Below, one piece after another: positions 38,105 through 47,668 of a DNA stretch of 64,000 nt. The first letter of the stretch is position 1. The number at the start of each line of letters is the position of its first letter. The position numbers and the translations under genes were made by a program. The notes below the pieces were generated by a model that saw nothing but the letters and a program-made list of their open reading frames with translations, made no database searches and had not been told where the DNA came from. Source of the DNA: Promethearchaeota archaeon (GTDB lineage Archaea > Asgardarchaeota > Thorarchaeia > Thorarchaeales > Thorarchaeaceae); NCBI GenBank assembly GCA_014728035.1, contig WJMJ01000079.1, positions 96,001 to 160,000 on the forward strand, given 5' to 3'.

Positions 38105-39793
38105 TTGATAGCGTATGCGGCTTTGGTCGATTTGCTTGGTGGTCGAGTTATCTGTGAACTCAATCTTGTTGGAGATGATACACAACAAGAACAAATTGAC
38201 ATGGCTGTCGATAGCTATTTCGCATTATTACAAGCAGGTCTAAAAAATGAATGTAATCCAGCTGAAATTTCAGGAAAGGCAACTGCACTCTGTAAGATTA
38301 ATGATATCACCCTACTTGTATGCTTTGGCGAGAGTATTTCATTTGAACCGGAAGAGTTTGGAAAGATTGAATCTTTGATGTCTGAAATTAAATCAAGACT
38401 TGGAGAAAAATCAGCTAGAAATGTTCGTGGGATTTTTCCTGACATTGCACTTAAACACCTTCAACAATCTGTGAATGTGTTCTTCATTTCTCATAATAAA
38501 CCTAGAAGAGATAATTCTTCTGGAAAAGCAATAGTGAAGATATTTCAAAGCAGAATTGACAAAGATAAAGGTTCTATTCATGTTGGTCCTTTTCTTATTT
38601 TCACTAACAAGGCATCAGCTGAAGAGATTGATGTAGAGGAAATAGAGAATATTGAGAATTATGATATCTTTGTGTTTGTTATATCTTCACCGATTTGGCC
38701 CGAGTCACTAATTAAAAATTTGATAAACGATATCCGTAAATCAACAGGTGCGAGAATTCTTGTGGTTCCTGGATCTGATGAGTATCTTGAAATCGCACGG
38801 AAGTACGAAGAAAAATACGAGATTTTGCTTTGCGATTCTGTTTCGTCTGATCCTCAGCAATTACTTGTAGCAGTTTTGGCCTATAGTGGTTTTTCCCATA
38901 TTCAACCAGAAATCGCTTTGGAAAATTGGACTATTGATGTTATTGAACAGCCCAGTGAATCGGATGAAGACGAATTGGAAGAAGTAGAATCCTTGGGTCA
39001 TCAAGCATTTTTTGTTGTGGATAAACTGACTGGTAATCCTGTATATACTTATTTTTATGACCAGCAATCTGTGCTTCTTGATAGAATCCCTAATGTCGTA
39101 GCTGCTATTTCTGCACTTTCTGTCGATCCAACTGCTAGTACTACAACATCTGTTGTGCGAACAGGAAATCTAAATTATGCAATTATTGAACGAAATGACC
39201 TGATTTTCACACTAATAACCGGTGTTAGTGAGGATGCAGATGCTATCAGGTCTAAATTTGCATTTCTACCGGACTTGTATTTTGATGAGGCTCCTGAAGG
39301 AATAATTGAGCATTCCTCTCCCTATTCTAGTCCTCCTTTCACATTAAAACTACTTGCAACACTTCCCCCTGATAATCTACCTGGTAGACTTATTCCTGTG
39401 AGAAAAAATGAACCAAAATGGGAGAAATTCAAGGAGGAATCAGTAAAGGATTTCATCCATGCTATTTGGAATACGATTGATGGCTCAAATCAAATTTCTA
39501 GAATGGCAGTAGGAGAAGGACCTTTACTTGTTATAGGTGCATTGCATCTTCTGAAATCTTTGGATGCTATTGATTTCAAAGTGAAGATTGAACAAGGAGA
39601 TATTCCCATCCTTAAAACACGAGACCTTACTGGTATTCAATTACCTTATTCCAATATCAATTCAGTATTGGATTTTATTGATGGGTCAACATCTCTAGGT
39701 GAGATTAGTGAGAGCACAAAAATTGATGTTGCTGTTCTTAGGACAGTTTTTCGAACACTCTATATGAAAGGAGTAATTGAATTCGTTCGGTAG
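38105..39793 (+). CDS. Longin - pseudo-GTPase - longin - tandem winged-helix (NPRL2-like) protein
   Basis: Colinear with the downstream paralog, but G1, G3 and G4 motifs are lost; C-terminal FIDGSTSLGEISESTKIDVAVLRTVFRTLYMKGVI; start set at TTG 38105 after GGAG. Confidence 0.75.
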   Translation: MIAYAALVDLLGGRVICELNLVGDDTQQEQIDMAVDSYFALLQAGLKNECNPAEISGKATALCKINDITLLVCFGESISFEPEEFGKIESLMSEIKSRLGEKSARNVRGIFPDIALKHLQQSVNVFFISHNKPRRDNSSGKAIVKIFQSRIDKDKGSIHVGPFLIFTNKASAEEIDVEEIENIENYDIFVFVISSPIWPESLIKNLINDIRKSTGARILVVPGSDEYLEIARKYEEKYEILLCDSVSSDPQQLLVAVLAYSGFSHIQPEIALENWTIDVIEQPSESDEDELEEVESLGHQAFFVVDKLTGNPVYTYFYDQQSVLLDRIPNVVAAISALSVDPTASTTTSVVRTGNLNYAIIERNDLIFTLITGVSEDADAIRSKFAFLPDLYFDEAPEGIIEHSSPYSSPPFTLKLLATLPPDNLPGRLIPVRKNEPKWEKFKEESVKDFIHAIWNTIDGSNQISRMAVGEGPLLVIGALHLLKSLDAIDFKVKIEQGDIPILKTRDLTGIQLPYSNINSVLDFIDGSTSLGEISESTKIDVAVLRTVFRTLYMKGVIEFVR

Positions 39794-39954
39794 TGTATAT
39801 AATTATGGAGATACTGACTGACCTAGATGATCATGATTCTACTGTTTGTCTTGTATGTTATAGATACTTTATTCAAGCAATTATACAAAAACAAGACGTG
39901 AATGATATACAATTGAGTTTATGTCGCACTTTATCCCATGGAGGTTTCAGCTAA

Positions 39955-41823
39955 TTGATTCATAATGTTCTATTGGTGAAAAAAACAGATGGTGAAGTCG
40001 TCACCCGTACGCGATTTTGGCGAATTGATTTCACCGAATCAGATATTCAGGATTTCATAATTGGTTATCGTGATGTACTGAATACTGAAGGTCTGGCACC
40101 AGACACACCTGTTTTTGTTGGGACTCATAAAATCTTCCATGGTGATGTTGATGATGATATGATTCTCATGTTTGTCACTGATGGACGTGATGAGGACCGT
40201 ACAATTAAGACAAAAGTTCGTAAAGGTGCAAAGGAGATATCTACTGCACGACGAGGTAATTCTATTGGTTATATCCGTGATAATTTAGAAGACATTCTTG
40301 GCGATCTTATCTTCACACGTTTCAAAGTATCCTTTGTAGGAAGTGGTGGTGTTGGAAAAAGCACACTTCTCAGACTTCTATTTGGTAAAGAACCTGCTCC
40401 TGGTGGCTATACACCCACTATCAATGTTGCTGTGGATAGTAGTGAAACAGTGCAGTTTGGTACTTTCTTAATTACGCTATGGGATTTTGCAGGACAGGCT
40501 GTTTTCCAAGATTTATGGGAGTTTTATTTCTCAGGAACTGACGTAATATTTCTCATCTGTGATAGTAGCTTCCGAAATGTCATGCAGACGAAGACTTTGC
40601 TCAGGAATATTAGAAAAGAAGCTCCTGGTGTTCCATTGTATATTATTGCTAACAAACAAGACCTACCAGAATCTATGCGTGCTGATAAGATTCAGAGGTT
40701 ATTGGGTGCTTCAACCTTTCCAATGATAGCAGTAGACAAAGAGCGGAGATTACAATTTATCCGGTTCATGTTAGAAGTGACGACAAAGACTGTCGGTGTT
40801 GAACTTCCAGATAGACCTGTGTCTGAAATGATTACAGTTCGGCGAGAAACTGAACCAGAGCACGAACCTCCGGGACCCGATAAAAAGAAAGACCAAAAAG
40901 ATCCTAAAACTACAACAGACAAAACTTCTGATGAAAAAGAAGAAGACATTCCTGATGTTCCTACCAAAATACTGCAGCTATTGTTCATTGTACAGAATCA
41001 AAATATGTACGAAATATCAATCCATCTGAATTATACTCAGGAAGAGGTTGATCCAAGTTCAATTACATCATTGATTAATGCACTTGATATGTTTAAGGGG
41101 ATGGGGGATGAGGGTTTAGACCCATCAAAACAAACTGATGCTCTAAAAACAATTGAACATGATGGAAAAGCAGGTAATCATACTTGGGTAGAAAAGACAG
41201 ATCATTTTATCCTAGCTGCCATAGTAGATAGTAAACGAGATGAGGACGAAATTCGAGTTATTATGAGGGCACTTCTATCTGAAGCAGAATCACGTTTCGA
41301 ACAAGAATTGAATACAAGAAACGAAAGTGAACCTCTAGATATCTCCATGTTTGAACCACTAGTCTTTGAAATCTTAACACACTATCCGCTAAGAAAGCTG
41401 GGCTTGAACTACTTGGTTAGAACTAGAGAGGTTGGAAAACCCCTTCCATTTGATAATCGCGAAGTGGGACATGCGGTCGTCGCAGTGAAATCCGCCATTG
41501 ATGGGACAACTACGGTAGGAGGTCTCGTAAGATCTCTTGACCTACCAAGAGAAAAAGTCATGGGTGCTTTGCAAATCATGGAAAAGTATGGATGGATTGA
41601 TTTCAAGGTTGATATTGGGCCAGACTCCGTTCTACTGAAAATTGCAGAACCCGATCCTGAAATCGGAGACATTTATGGTCCTGTGATGCTTGAACTGATC
41701 AATCGTTGTGATGGAAAAACGGCTCTAAAGGATATCGTCAAACAATTGAAGATTTCTTTGCCCCCAGTGATTTTCGTAGTAACCAAACTCGTTCTTGATG
41801 GAGTTCTTGAAGTAGTGGCATGA
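39955..41823 (+). CDS. Longin - Arf-like GTPase - longin - tandem winged-helix (NPRL2-like) protein
   Basis: N-terminal longin (MIHNVLLVKK..G); G1 GSGGVGKST, G2 PTI, G3 WDFAGQ, LWEFYF, G4 ANKQDLP; second longin; two IDG/CDG...L...G.I helix-turn-helix repeats. Confidence 0.88.
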   Translation: MIHNVLLVKKTDGEVVTRTRFWRIDFTESDIQDFIIGYRDVLNTEGLAPDTPVFVGTHKIFHGDVDDDMILMFVTDGRDEDRTIKTKVRKGAKEISTARRGNSIGYIRDNLEDILGDLIFTRFKVSFVGSGGVGKSTLLRLLFGKEPAPGGYTPTINVAVDSSETVQFGTFLITLWDFAGQAVFQDLWEFYFSGTDVIFLICDSSFRNVMQTKTLLRNIRKEAPGVPLYIIANKQDLPESMRADKIQRLLGASTFPMIAVDKERRLQFIRFMLEVTTKTVGVELPDRPVSEMITVRRETEPEHEPPGPDKKKDQKDPKTTTDKTSDEKEEDIPDVPTKILQLLFIVQNQNMYEISIHLNYTQEEVDPSSITSLINALDMFKGMGDEGLDPSKQTDALKTIEHDGKAGNHTWVEKTDHFILAAIVDSKRDEDEIRVIMRALLSEAESRFEQELNTRNESEPLDISMFEPLVFEILTHYPLRKLGLNYLVRTREVGKPLPFDNREVGHAVVAVKSAIDGTTTVGGLVRSLDLPREKVMGALQIMEKYGWIDFKVDIGPDSVLLKIAEPDPEIGDIYGPVMLELINRCDGKTALKDIVKQLKISLPPVIFVVTKLVLDGVLEVVA

Positions 41824-43962
41824 TTACTTCACAGGTAGAACAATACGTTCTCTGTAGTTTGGAATTTTCACCCCATCTATATTGCTTTCAAATGGAGTAT
41901 GGACCATGATACGTTTTCCAGTACATGACCTAATGTATGTTTCAAGATTTGAAGCAGAAGAGTGTGCACTCAATCTAGCATACTCTACTTTGCATTCATG
42001 AGGTTCATATCCATTGATTAAATTCCAACCTGGTGTTCGTGTTGCTAAATATCCACACATGATAATTGCTGCATTTGGATTATTTCTATGTTCATTGAAG
42101 TGATGCCTTGCTAAACCTCCTGACATCATTCCTCCACCAGCAACAAGGATATCATCTTGCTCAAGGTACACCTTATTCTTCTTCATACTTTCCCATTTCC
42201 CTGTATAGCCTGTAAGTTTTGTAATTTTTTCAGCTAATCCAGCAACCATGACGTTTTTACTCTCGGTGATTCCTGTATTTTCAAGAAGCATCAGCATCTC
42301 CTGTGTTCTTCCGACCGCAAAGCTTGGAATGACTATGGGCCCATATGAGCCTGTTATGTTTAGAATTTGATTTGTAACAATATCGCGGCTGAAATCCTCT
42401 CGTCCCCAATAAGTGCCATCAAATATTACCGCATCGCAATCCGTGGGCAGATTTGCACCTTCAAAGAGAACAGACTTGTCAATATTGAAGTCTCCCGTGT
42501 AGAGGATTTTTACTCCTTCGATGTCAATGATATATGCTGCACTACCAGGGATATGACAAGCATCAATTGGTGTAGTAAGAATTCCTGGACCAATTTCTTG
42601 AGTCTTACCATACTCCAGAATAACATGGTTCTTGAAAACACTTTCAATATTTTTCTGAGTGAATTTCGATATCAAGTCATGTTTGTCGTACTTTCGAGGT
42701 GGAAGGGGCGTTCCTACATGCATTGCGTCCTCCAATAAGAATTTTCCAATTCCTCCGGTTATTCCCACTGAACACCATTTTCCATCAAACGAGTCATAAA
42801 GGATGGGAAGCCCACCAAGATGGTCAAGATGAGAATGGCTAACTAAAACCGTATCAATCATTTCAAGTTCAGGTATCCATTCCGGAATCCTCTGATTTGC
42901 AACCGACATACCAAAATCAAGAAGGATTCCTCCGGTATCAGTCTTAATCAATATCCCACTTCTTCCTATTCGTGGCCCTCCTAAAAAGATGATTTCAACT
43001 GTCTTTGTAGTTTTGGAATATGCTACGGAAGGGAGAAGTTTCTTTCTCATTTTTTCAGGAATAAGTTCGAAAATTACAGGATCGATTGCTTCAGGGGGTG
43101 GAGGAGATGGAAGTTCATGAACTCTGATTGGTAATTGGTACTTTCCATTAGTGAATCCAGTTGTTTGAAAGAATTCTTTGAGGATATCAAAAGCAGAATC
43201 TACAGACATAGTGGATTCAATTCTCTCTTGTGCATTCTCATAAGCAGTTGCCTTCAAAATCTTAAATGACTGCACCATCATTCCATCAGGTAGCCAATCA
43301 TGTGATTCTTTGATTACCTCACTAAGAGTTCTATGTTGCAAAGCTTCTTTGAGATACTGTGGGTGTCGAACTACAGAATCAACAAATCGCATTCCATCGG
43401 TTTCTATGACCGATTCAATACTCTCTCCAAATTCTTCAATTATTTGTACAAAATCCCGGTGCTTCCATAGCGGTGAGCCAAGGAATCTGATCCATTCTCT
43501 GATCTGTTCCAATAATGCATCCTTGTGATAATCGTTTGCTAATACAATTACAACTATTGCTTTTTTCAGCCATGTATTAATTGGTTTTTGATCTCTGATA
43601 TTGTATAGTGAATACCTGTATGCATATCGAAATTCTTCATCGTTGTGTATTCCTAAGATAAATTTGTATAGAAGTAAAGTCATTGCTTCAAGATATTCAT
43701 CTGTCTTAATTTTCAAATGAGTATCTCTAAGTATTCCATCCATTGTTTTGGCAACTTGTTTCGCATGTTCCAGATTTTCAGGTTCGATACCTGAAGCTTT
43801 TATCATTGCCCATACTATCAACTCGGGATTTTCATCAAATAGATCCTTTTTGGCAGAAATAGACTTTCCTTTGATTGTTTCCTTTGCATCTTCGAGACCG
43901 CTTTCAAAGAAATCGGACAAAATTTTGTTTGTGGTTTTTGGAACTTCTGTACTTATTTTCAT
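41824..43962 (-). CDS. Beta-CASP metallo-beta-lactamase ribonuclease (aCPSF2-like) with ~320-aa unknown N-terminal domain
   Basis: LLDFG, SHSHLDH, HIPGS, YTGDF, DGTY, FAVGRTQE, GMMSGG, LSAH, MVH. Confidence 0.9.
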   Translation of the reverse strand: MKISTEVPKTTNKILSDFFESGLEDAKETIKGKSISAKKDLFDENPELIVWAMIKASGIEPENLEHAKQVAKTMDGILRDTHLKIKTDEYLEAMTLLLYKFILGIHNDEEFRYAYRYSLYNIRDQKPINTWLKKAIVVIVLANDYHKDALLEQIREWIRFLGSPLWKHRDFVQIIEEFGESIESVIETDGMRFVDSVVRHPQYLKEALQHRTLSEVIKESHDWLPDGMMVQSFKILKATAYENAQERIESTMSVDSAFDILKEFFQTTGFTNGKYQLPIRVHELPSPPPPEAIDPVIFELIPEKMRKKLLPSVAYSKTTKTVEIIFLGGPRIGRSGILIKTDTGGILLDFGMSVANQRIPEWIPELEMIDTVLVSHSHLDHLGGLPILYDSFDGKWCSVGITGGIGKFLLEDAMHVGTPLPPRKYDKHDLISKFTQKNIESVFKNHVILEYGKTQEIGPGILTTPIDACHIPGSAAYIIDIEGVKILYTGDFNIDKSVLFEGANLPTDCDAVIFDGTYWGREDFSRDIVTNQILNITGSYGPIVIPSFAVGRTQEMLMLLENTGITESKNVMVAGLAEKITKLTGYTGKWESMKKNKVYLEQDDILVAGGGMMSGGLARHHFNEHRNNPNAAIIMCGYLATRTPGWNLINGYEPHECKVEYARLSAHSSASNLETYIRSCTGKRIMVHTPFESNIDGVKIPNYRERIVLPVK

Positions 43963-43967
43963 CTTTT

Positions 43968-45062
43968 CTACCTCTTTTCACTTTGTTCGTTTACTCGATA
44001 TATTCCCTGTCTACTATCTCTCAGTGATATTCTCTTTGTTACCAAACCTTCCGATATTAAAATTGAGAGGGCATATCGTGCGGTTCGAGGTGGAAGTATT
44101 GACTCTGTTATTATTTCCTTTTGAGTTAGTGGTCCCTTGTATTCAAGTACTTTTAGGACTAGTTTTGCACTTGGAGGTAAATCTTGTGCTAAATCATCGA
44201 ATTCTTCTGTCTTTCTGGAAAGCTTTCCTCTAAGGTCAGCAATTTTCTCTTTACTAAGTTGGACAAAAATAACATCATTTTCAGCCTTTTTTATCGTAAT
44301 TGTGCCTTGTTTGACTTTTTTCCGTAATTGCCCGTCAAGAATGGCTTCAACAGTTACTGAACAACTAATGTTTCGAATTTCAATCTCTGTGTCATTAGAT
44401 ACTATCGTTGGGCGATTAGCTGGATTAATGCTGTTTACTGGAATGATTGATATTACTGCGGCTGGACTTAATACTACTGGGCCTCCCACACTCAGTGAGT
44501 AAGCAGTACTACCTGTGGGCGTTGAAACAATAATTCCATCACTTCCGTCTTTCAAAAACTGTTCTCCATTAAGGAATAAAGAATATCTGATTAGGGTAGC
44601 ACTTTTTCTAGCGAAAATACCTACGTCGTTTAATGCTGTCGGGCCTTTTTGCCCATCAATTTCTATGCTAAGTCGTGATCGGGGCTCTCTACCCCAATTA
44701 CCTGAAATTATGTCTTCAATTAAATAATCGAAGTCTGAAACCGTTATATCAAATAGAAAATCTGGTTGGCCTTTTGACGCTATGGGAAGTATTGGAGTAT
44801 CGGTATCTTCGAATTCAAGAAGTCTAGATAGAAGAGATTTATCTGATCCTATCACCATTAGGATATCTGCGTCTACGTTTTTTATAGAACGATATTTCCA
44901 CTTGAGGGATTTAGCTGTTTCATCCTCCAGGTAGACATCAACTCCTGCATTTTGTAATATTTGAATAATTTCTTTTGTGTCTTCAAGAACTGATACCTCT
45001 GAACTAGCTGAGAGAAATATCTTCATAATCTGTTCCTCACTGAGGGATTTCAATTTGTACAC
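43968..45062 (-). CDS. NAD kinase family protein fused to a C-terminal winged-helix DNA-binding domain
   Basis: ALND and DGIIVSTPTGSTAYSLSVGG intact; GGDG motif altered to GSDK; C-terminal LPPSAKLVLKVLEY.GPLTQKEI...RTARYAL..L...GLV wHTH. Confidence 0.9.
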   Translation of the reverse strand: MYKLKSLSEEQIMKIFLSASSEVSVLEDTKEIIQILQNAGVDVYLEDETAKSLKWKYRSIKNVDADILMVIGSDKSLLSRLLEFEDTDTPILPIASKGQPDFLFDITVSDFDYLIEDIISGNWGREPRSRLSIEIDGQKGPTALNDVGIFARKSATLIRYSLFLNGEQFLKDGSDGIIVSTPTGSTAYSLSVGGPVVLSPAAVISIIPVNSINPANRPTIVSNDTEIEIRNISCSVTVEAILDGQLRKKVKQGTITIKKAENDVIFVQLSKEKIADLRGKLSRKTEEFDDLAQDLPPSAKLVLKVLEYKGPLTQKEIITESILPPRTARYALSILISEGLVTKRISLRDSRQGIYRVNEQSEKR

Positions 45063-45117
45063 TGTTATGTAACTCTTAAATAGAGCTGATACTCGTTTTA
45101 ACTCTCGAATCCGAGGT

Positions 45118-45132
45118 AGGCAATACTTGCCT
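45118..45132. promoter_or_regulatory. Candidate operator between the NAD kinase-wHTH gene and nadA
   Basis: Perfect inverted repeat AGGCAA-TAC-TTGCCT; extra half-site ATTGCC at 45155-45160. Confidence 0.45.
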
Positions 45133-45203
45133 TTGGAGGTATTCTTCGGAAAACATTGCCGATTGTGATTCTGTTAATAAGCCATTGACAAATTGATATG
45201 TAG

Positions 45204-46175
45204 GTGAACCTAGTGGAGAATGAACTCACCGACCTTCAAAAAAGAGTACTTGAGTTAAAAAAAGAACGTAACGCATTAATTTTAGCTCATAATTACCAAA
45301 CCATGGATATCCAAGAGGTTGCTGATTTCGTTGGTGACTCTTTGGAATTAGCAAGGAAATCCGCTGAAGTAGAAGGATACGACTTGGTTATTTTTGCTGG
45401 TGTCAAATTTATGGCCGAAATGGCAGCAGTTTTGTCTAAAGATATTCCGGTCTACATTCCAGCACCAAAAGCACTTTGCCCCCTAGCTGCTTTTGTAGAT
45501 AGTGAAAAGGTACTTGAGATGAAGAAACAACATCCTGATACCCCTGTTATTGTGTATGTAAATACTACTGCTGACACAAAATCCGAATCCGATATGCTCT
45601 GTACCTCCGGTAATGCTCCAGAAATTGTCGAATCATTAGGTGTCGACAAGGTTCTTTTCGGACCTGATAGTAACCTTGCTGAATATGTTCGTAGAAGAAC
45701 AGGTATTGAGATTATTGACATTGAACCACGAGGGCATTGTTATGTTCATAATCAATTTGATATAGCTCAAATTGAACTACTTCGTGAAGAACATCCTGAT
45801 GCTGTTGTAATCGCTCACCCAGAATGTCCTCCTGAGGTTCAGGATGCTGCAGATATGGTTGGATCTACTAGTATGATGGCTAGAACAGTTGCAAATTCAC
45901 CCAAGAAGAAGTTCATAATTGCTACAGAAATGGGTTTGGTTCACCAGATGCAGAAACGAAATCCGGAGAAGATTGTTATCCCTGCTTATGAAGGAGCAGT
46001 TTGCAGACAGATGAAAAAGAATACTCTAGAAAAAATTCTATACATTCTTGAAGATTTACCAGAAGACCATTTAGTAACCGTACCCGAGCATATGGTTGCT
46101 CATGTTCGAAAAATTCTTGAACAGATGAACAAAGCACCATCAACTGTTGAAGTCTTGGTCGCAAAAACATCTTGA
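45204..46175 (+). CDS. nadA: Quinolinate synthase
   Basis: LAHNYQ, VGDSLEL, GVKFMAE, YVNT, CTSGNA, CYVH, AHPEC, GST, CRQMK; start may be GTG 45213. Confidence 0.97.
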   Translation: MNLVENELTDLQKRVLELKKERNALILAHNYQTMDIQEVADFVGDSLELARKSAEVEGYDLVIFAGVKFMAEMAAVLSKDIPVYIPAPKALCPLAAFVDSEKVLEMKKQHPDTPVIVYVNTTADTKSESDMLCTSGNAPEIVESLGVDKVLFGPDSNLAEYVRRRTGIEIIDIEPRGHCYVHNQFDIAQIELLREEHPDAVVIAHPECPPEVQDAADMVGSTSMMARTVANSPKKKFIIATEMGLVHQMQKRNPEKIVIPAYEGAVCRQMKKNTLEKILYILEDLPEDHLVTVPEHMVAHVRKILEQMNKAPSTVEVLVAKTS

Positions 46176-46194
46176 CATTAGAGATTATTACGAG

Positions 46195-46806
46195 TCAGAC
46201 GAAGTAGATTACACTTCGTCCCTCTATTTTTCTTCCTGCTTTTCCCATCACTACAAGCTGTTCAAGAAGATTACTTGCACTCTTGACACTTATCCCCAAC
46301 TCCCTTGCACCCTTTTGTGCAGTCATTTGCCGTTCTCTTACAAGAAGCATTGCGATATCTTTCAATTTTTTTGGTAATTCTACAATTGCTAACGCATCAA
46401 GAGGCAATCTTGGTTTAACACTGTCAGTATATTGCAAGTCTTTTGGAATAATTTTGTCAAGTACCTCTGTAAACTTGTCAAAGATTGGGAGATTCTGTCT
46501 TCCTTCTTGGATATCTTTTCCATATCTACTGATGAAATTCAGCCCGATATAATCAATCAGATTTGCAGTTACCTCTGTTGGTCCATCTGCAATTACTACC
46601 GTTGTTACCTGCTTATGGTCCGCGACAAAAATGAATCTTCCATCAGATTCAATTCCACGCAGGTCATCACCCATTGCTTCTTTGCTAAAACTTGACATAG
46701 CTGATACAAAGCTACTGAGAAGATATGGGTCTGCTAGTTCGGGATCGTAGGACCTACTAAAAACACATACTCCTCCAGAAACAAGCACATAAACAGCTCG
46801 AATCAT
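46195..46806 (-). CDS. Longin-domain protein with C-terminal wHTH
   Basis: MIRAVYVLVSGGVCVFSRSY...DPYLLSSFVSAM..F longin pattern; C-terminal MTAQKGARELGIS...LEQLVVMGK; start set at ATG 46806 after GGTGA. Confidence 0.8.
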   Translation of the reverse strand: MIRAVYVLVSGGVCVFSRSYDPELADPYLLSSFVSAMSSFSKEAMGDDLRGIESDGRFIFVADHKQVTTVVIADGPTEVTANLIDYIGLNFISRYGKDIQEGRQNLPIFDKFTEVLDKIIPKDLQYTDSVKPRLPLDALAIVELPKKLKDIAMLLVRERQMTAQKGARELGISVKSASNLLEQLVVMGKAGRKIEGRSVIYFV

Positions 46807-46807
46807 T

Positions 46808-47596
46808 CTATTCACCTGGAAATTCAGCATTTTCGATTTTCTGTTCAATCTCTGAGAGCTGTTTTATGAACGGTAAATCTGGTTGAGTTAATGCTAACAC
46901 TTCGCTTCCCATGCCTAATGGCACATTGCAATAACATGGTAGAAATCCTAAGAGTTGGGTTTTATTTTCGAACATTTCCTTCACCATATCAATCATACCA
47001 GAGGAGGAAGAAGACTCTAGAAGATTTGGAACTACTTTGTTAAATAGTAGCATGGTGTTTTTGTTAAGTGGTCCATAAAGCTCATCTAGTAGGTGTGCTG
47101 TTCCATCGAAATCGAAATTGTCGATTTTGGCAACTATGATTGTAAAATCTGAAACCACAATGGTGTTTACACTGCTATAGTGTACACCTGGCGCAGAATC
47201 AAGAATAAAATAATCAAATCCTTCTTTCTCTAACTTTTGCTTCAGTACAAGTAATTGCGAGATAGCTTGCATGTGCCATTTTCTATCTTTAGCTAGTTGC
47301 TCACGGATAGCTTCTACATTCGGATCTGAGAATCCAACAAGTAATTGACCACTTAAATCAAATGACGAACCTATGTCCGTAAGAATCTCTGTGTGTTTGA
47401 CTTTTTCACTGAGAAAATCATTGATATATGCAGACCTAGCTGCTATCCCAAAAAGTGTATGAAGGCTTGGTGCCTGAAAATCTGTATCAAGAATTGCTAC
47501 ATCATGTCCTTTCTTTGCCATGATTGCAGCTAAATTAGCAGCAAGTGTGGTTTTTCCTGTTCCTCCTTTGTAAGAATGAATGGCAAAGGTCCGCAT
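46808..47596 (-). CDS. MinD/ParA family ATPase
   Basis: Deviant Walker A SYKGGTGKT, LDTD, ILDSAPG, NKV. Confidence 0.92.
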   Translation of the reverse strand: MRTFAIHSYKGGTGKTTLAANLAAIMAKKGHDVAILDTDFQAPSLHTLFGIAARSAYINDFLSEKVKHTEILTDIGSSFDLSGQLLVGFSDPNVEAIREQLAKDRKWHMQAISQLLVLKQKLEKEGFDYFILDSAPGVHYSSVNTIVVSDFTIIVAKIDNFDFDGTAHLLDELYGPLNKNTMLLFNKVVPNLLESSSSSGMIDMVKEMFENKTQLLGFLPCYCNVPLGMGSEVLALTQPDLPFIKQLSEIEQKIENAEFPGE

Positions 47597-47668
47597 CTAT
47601 TTCTCCTCTCAATTGTCCTTAATCTGTCACAATCTTCTTGTAAACAATCTCACAATTATACCTTGATA

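Noticed and set aside
45107-45144. Extended hairpin upstream of nadA considered as an NAD riboswitch
   Set aside because: It appears to lie upstream of the likely nadA TATA (TTAATAA near 45174) and I cannot match it to a known aptamer; kept only as a candidate DNA operator.
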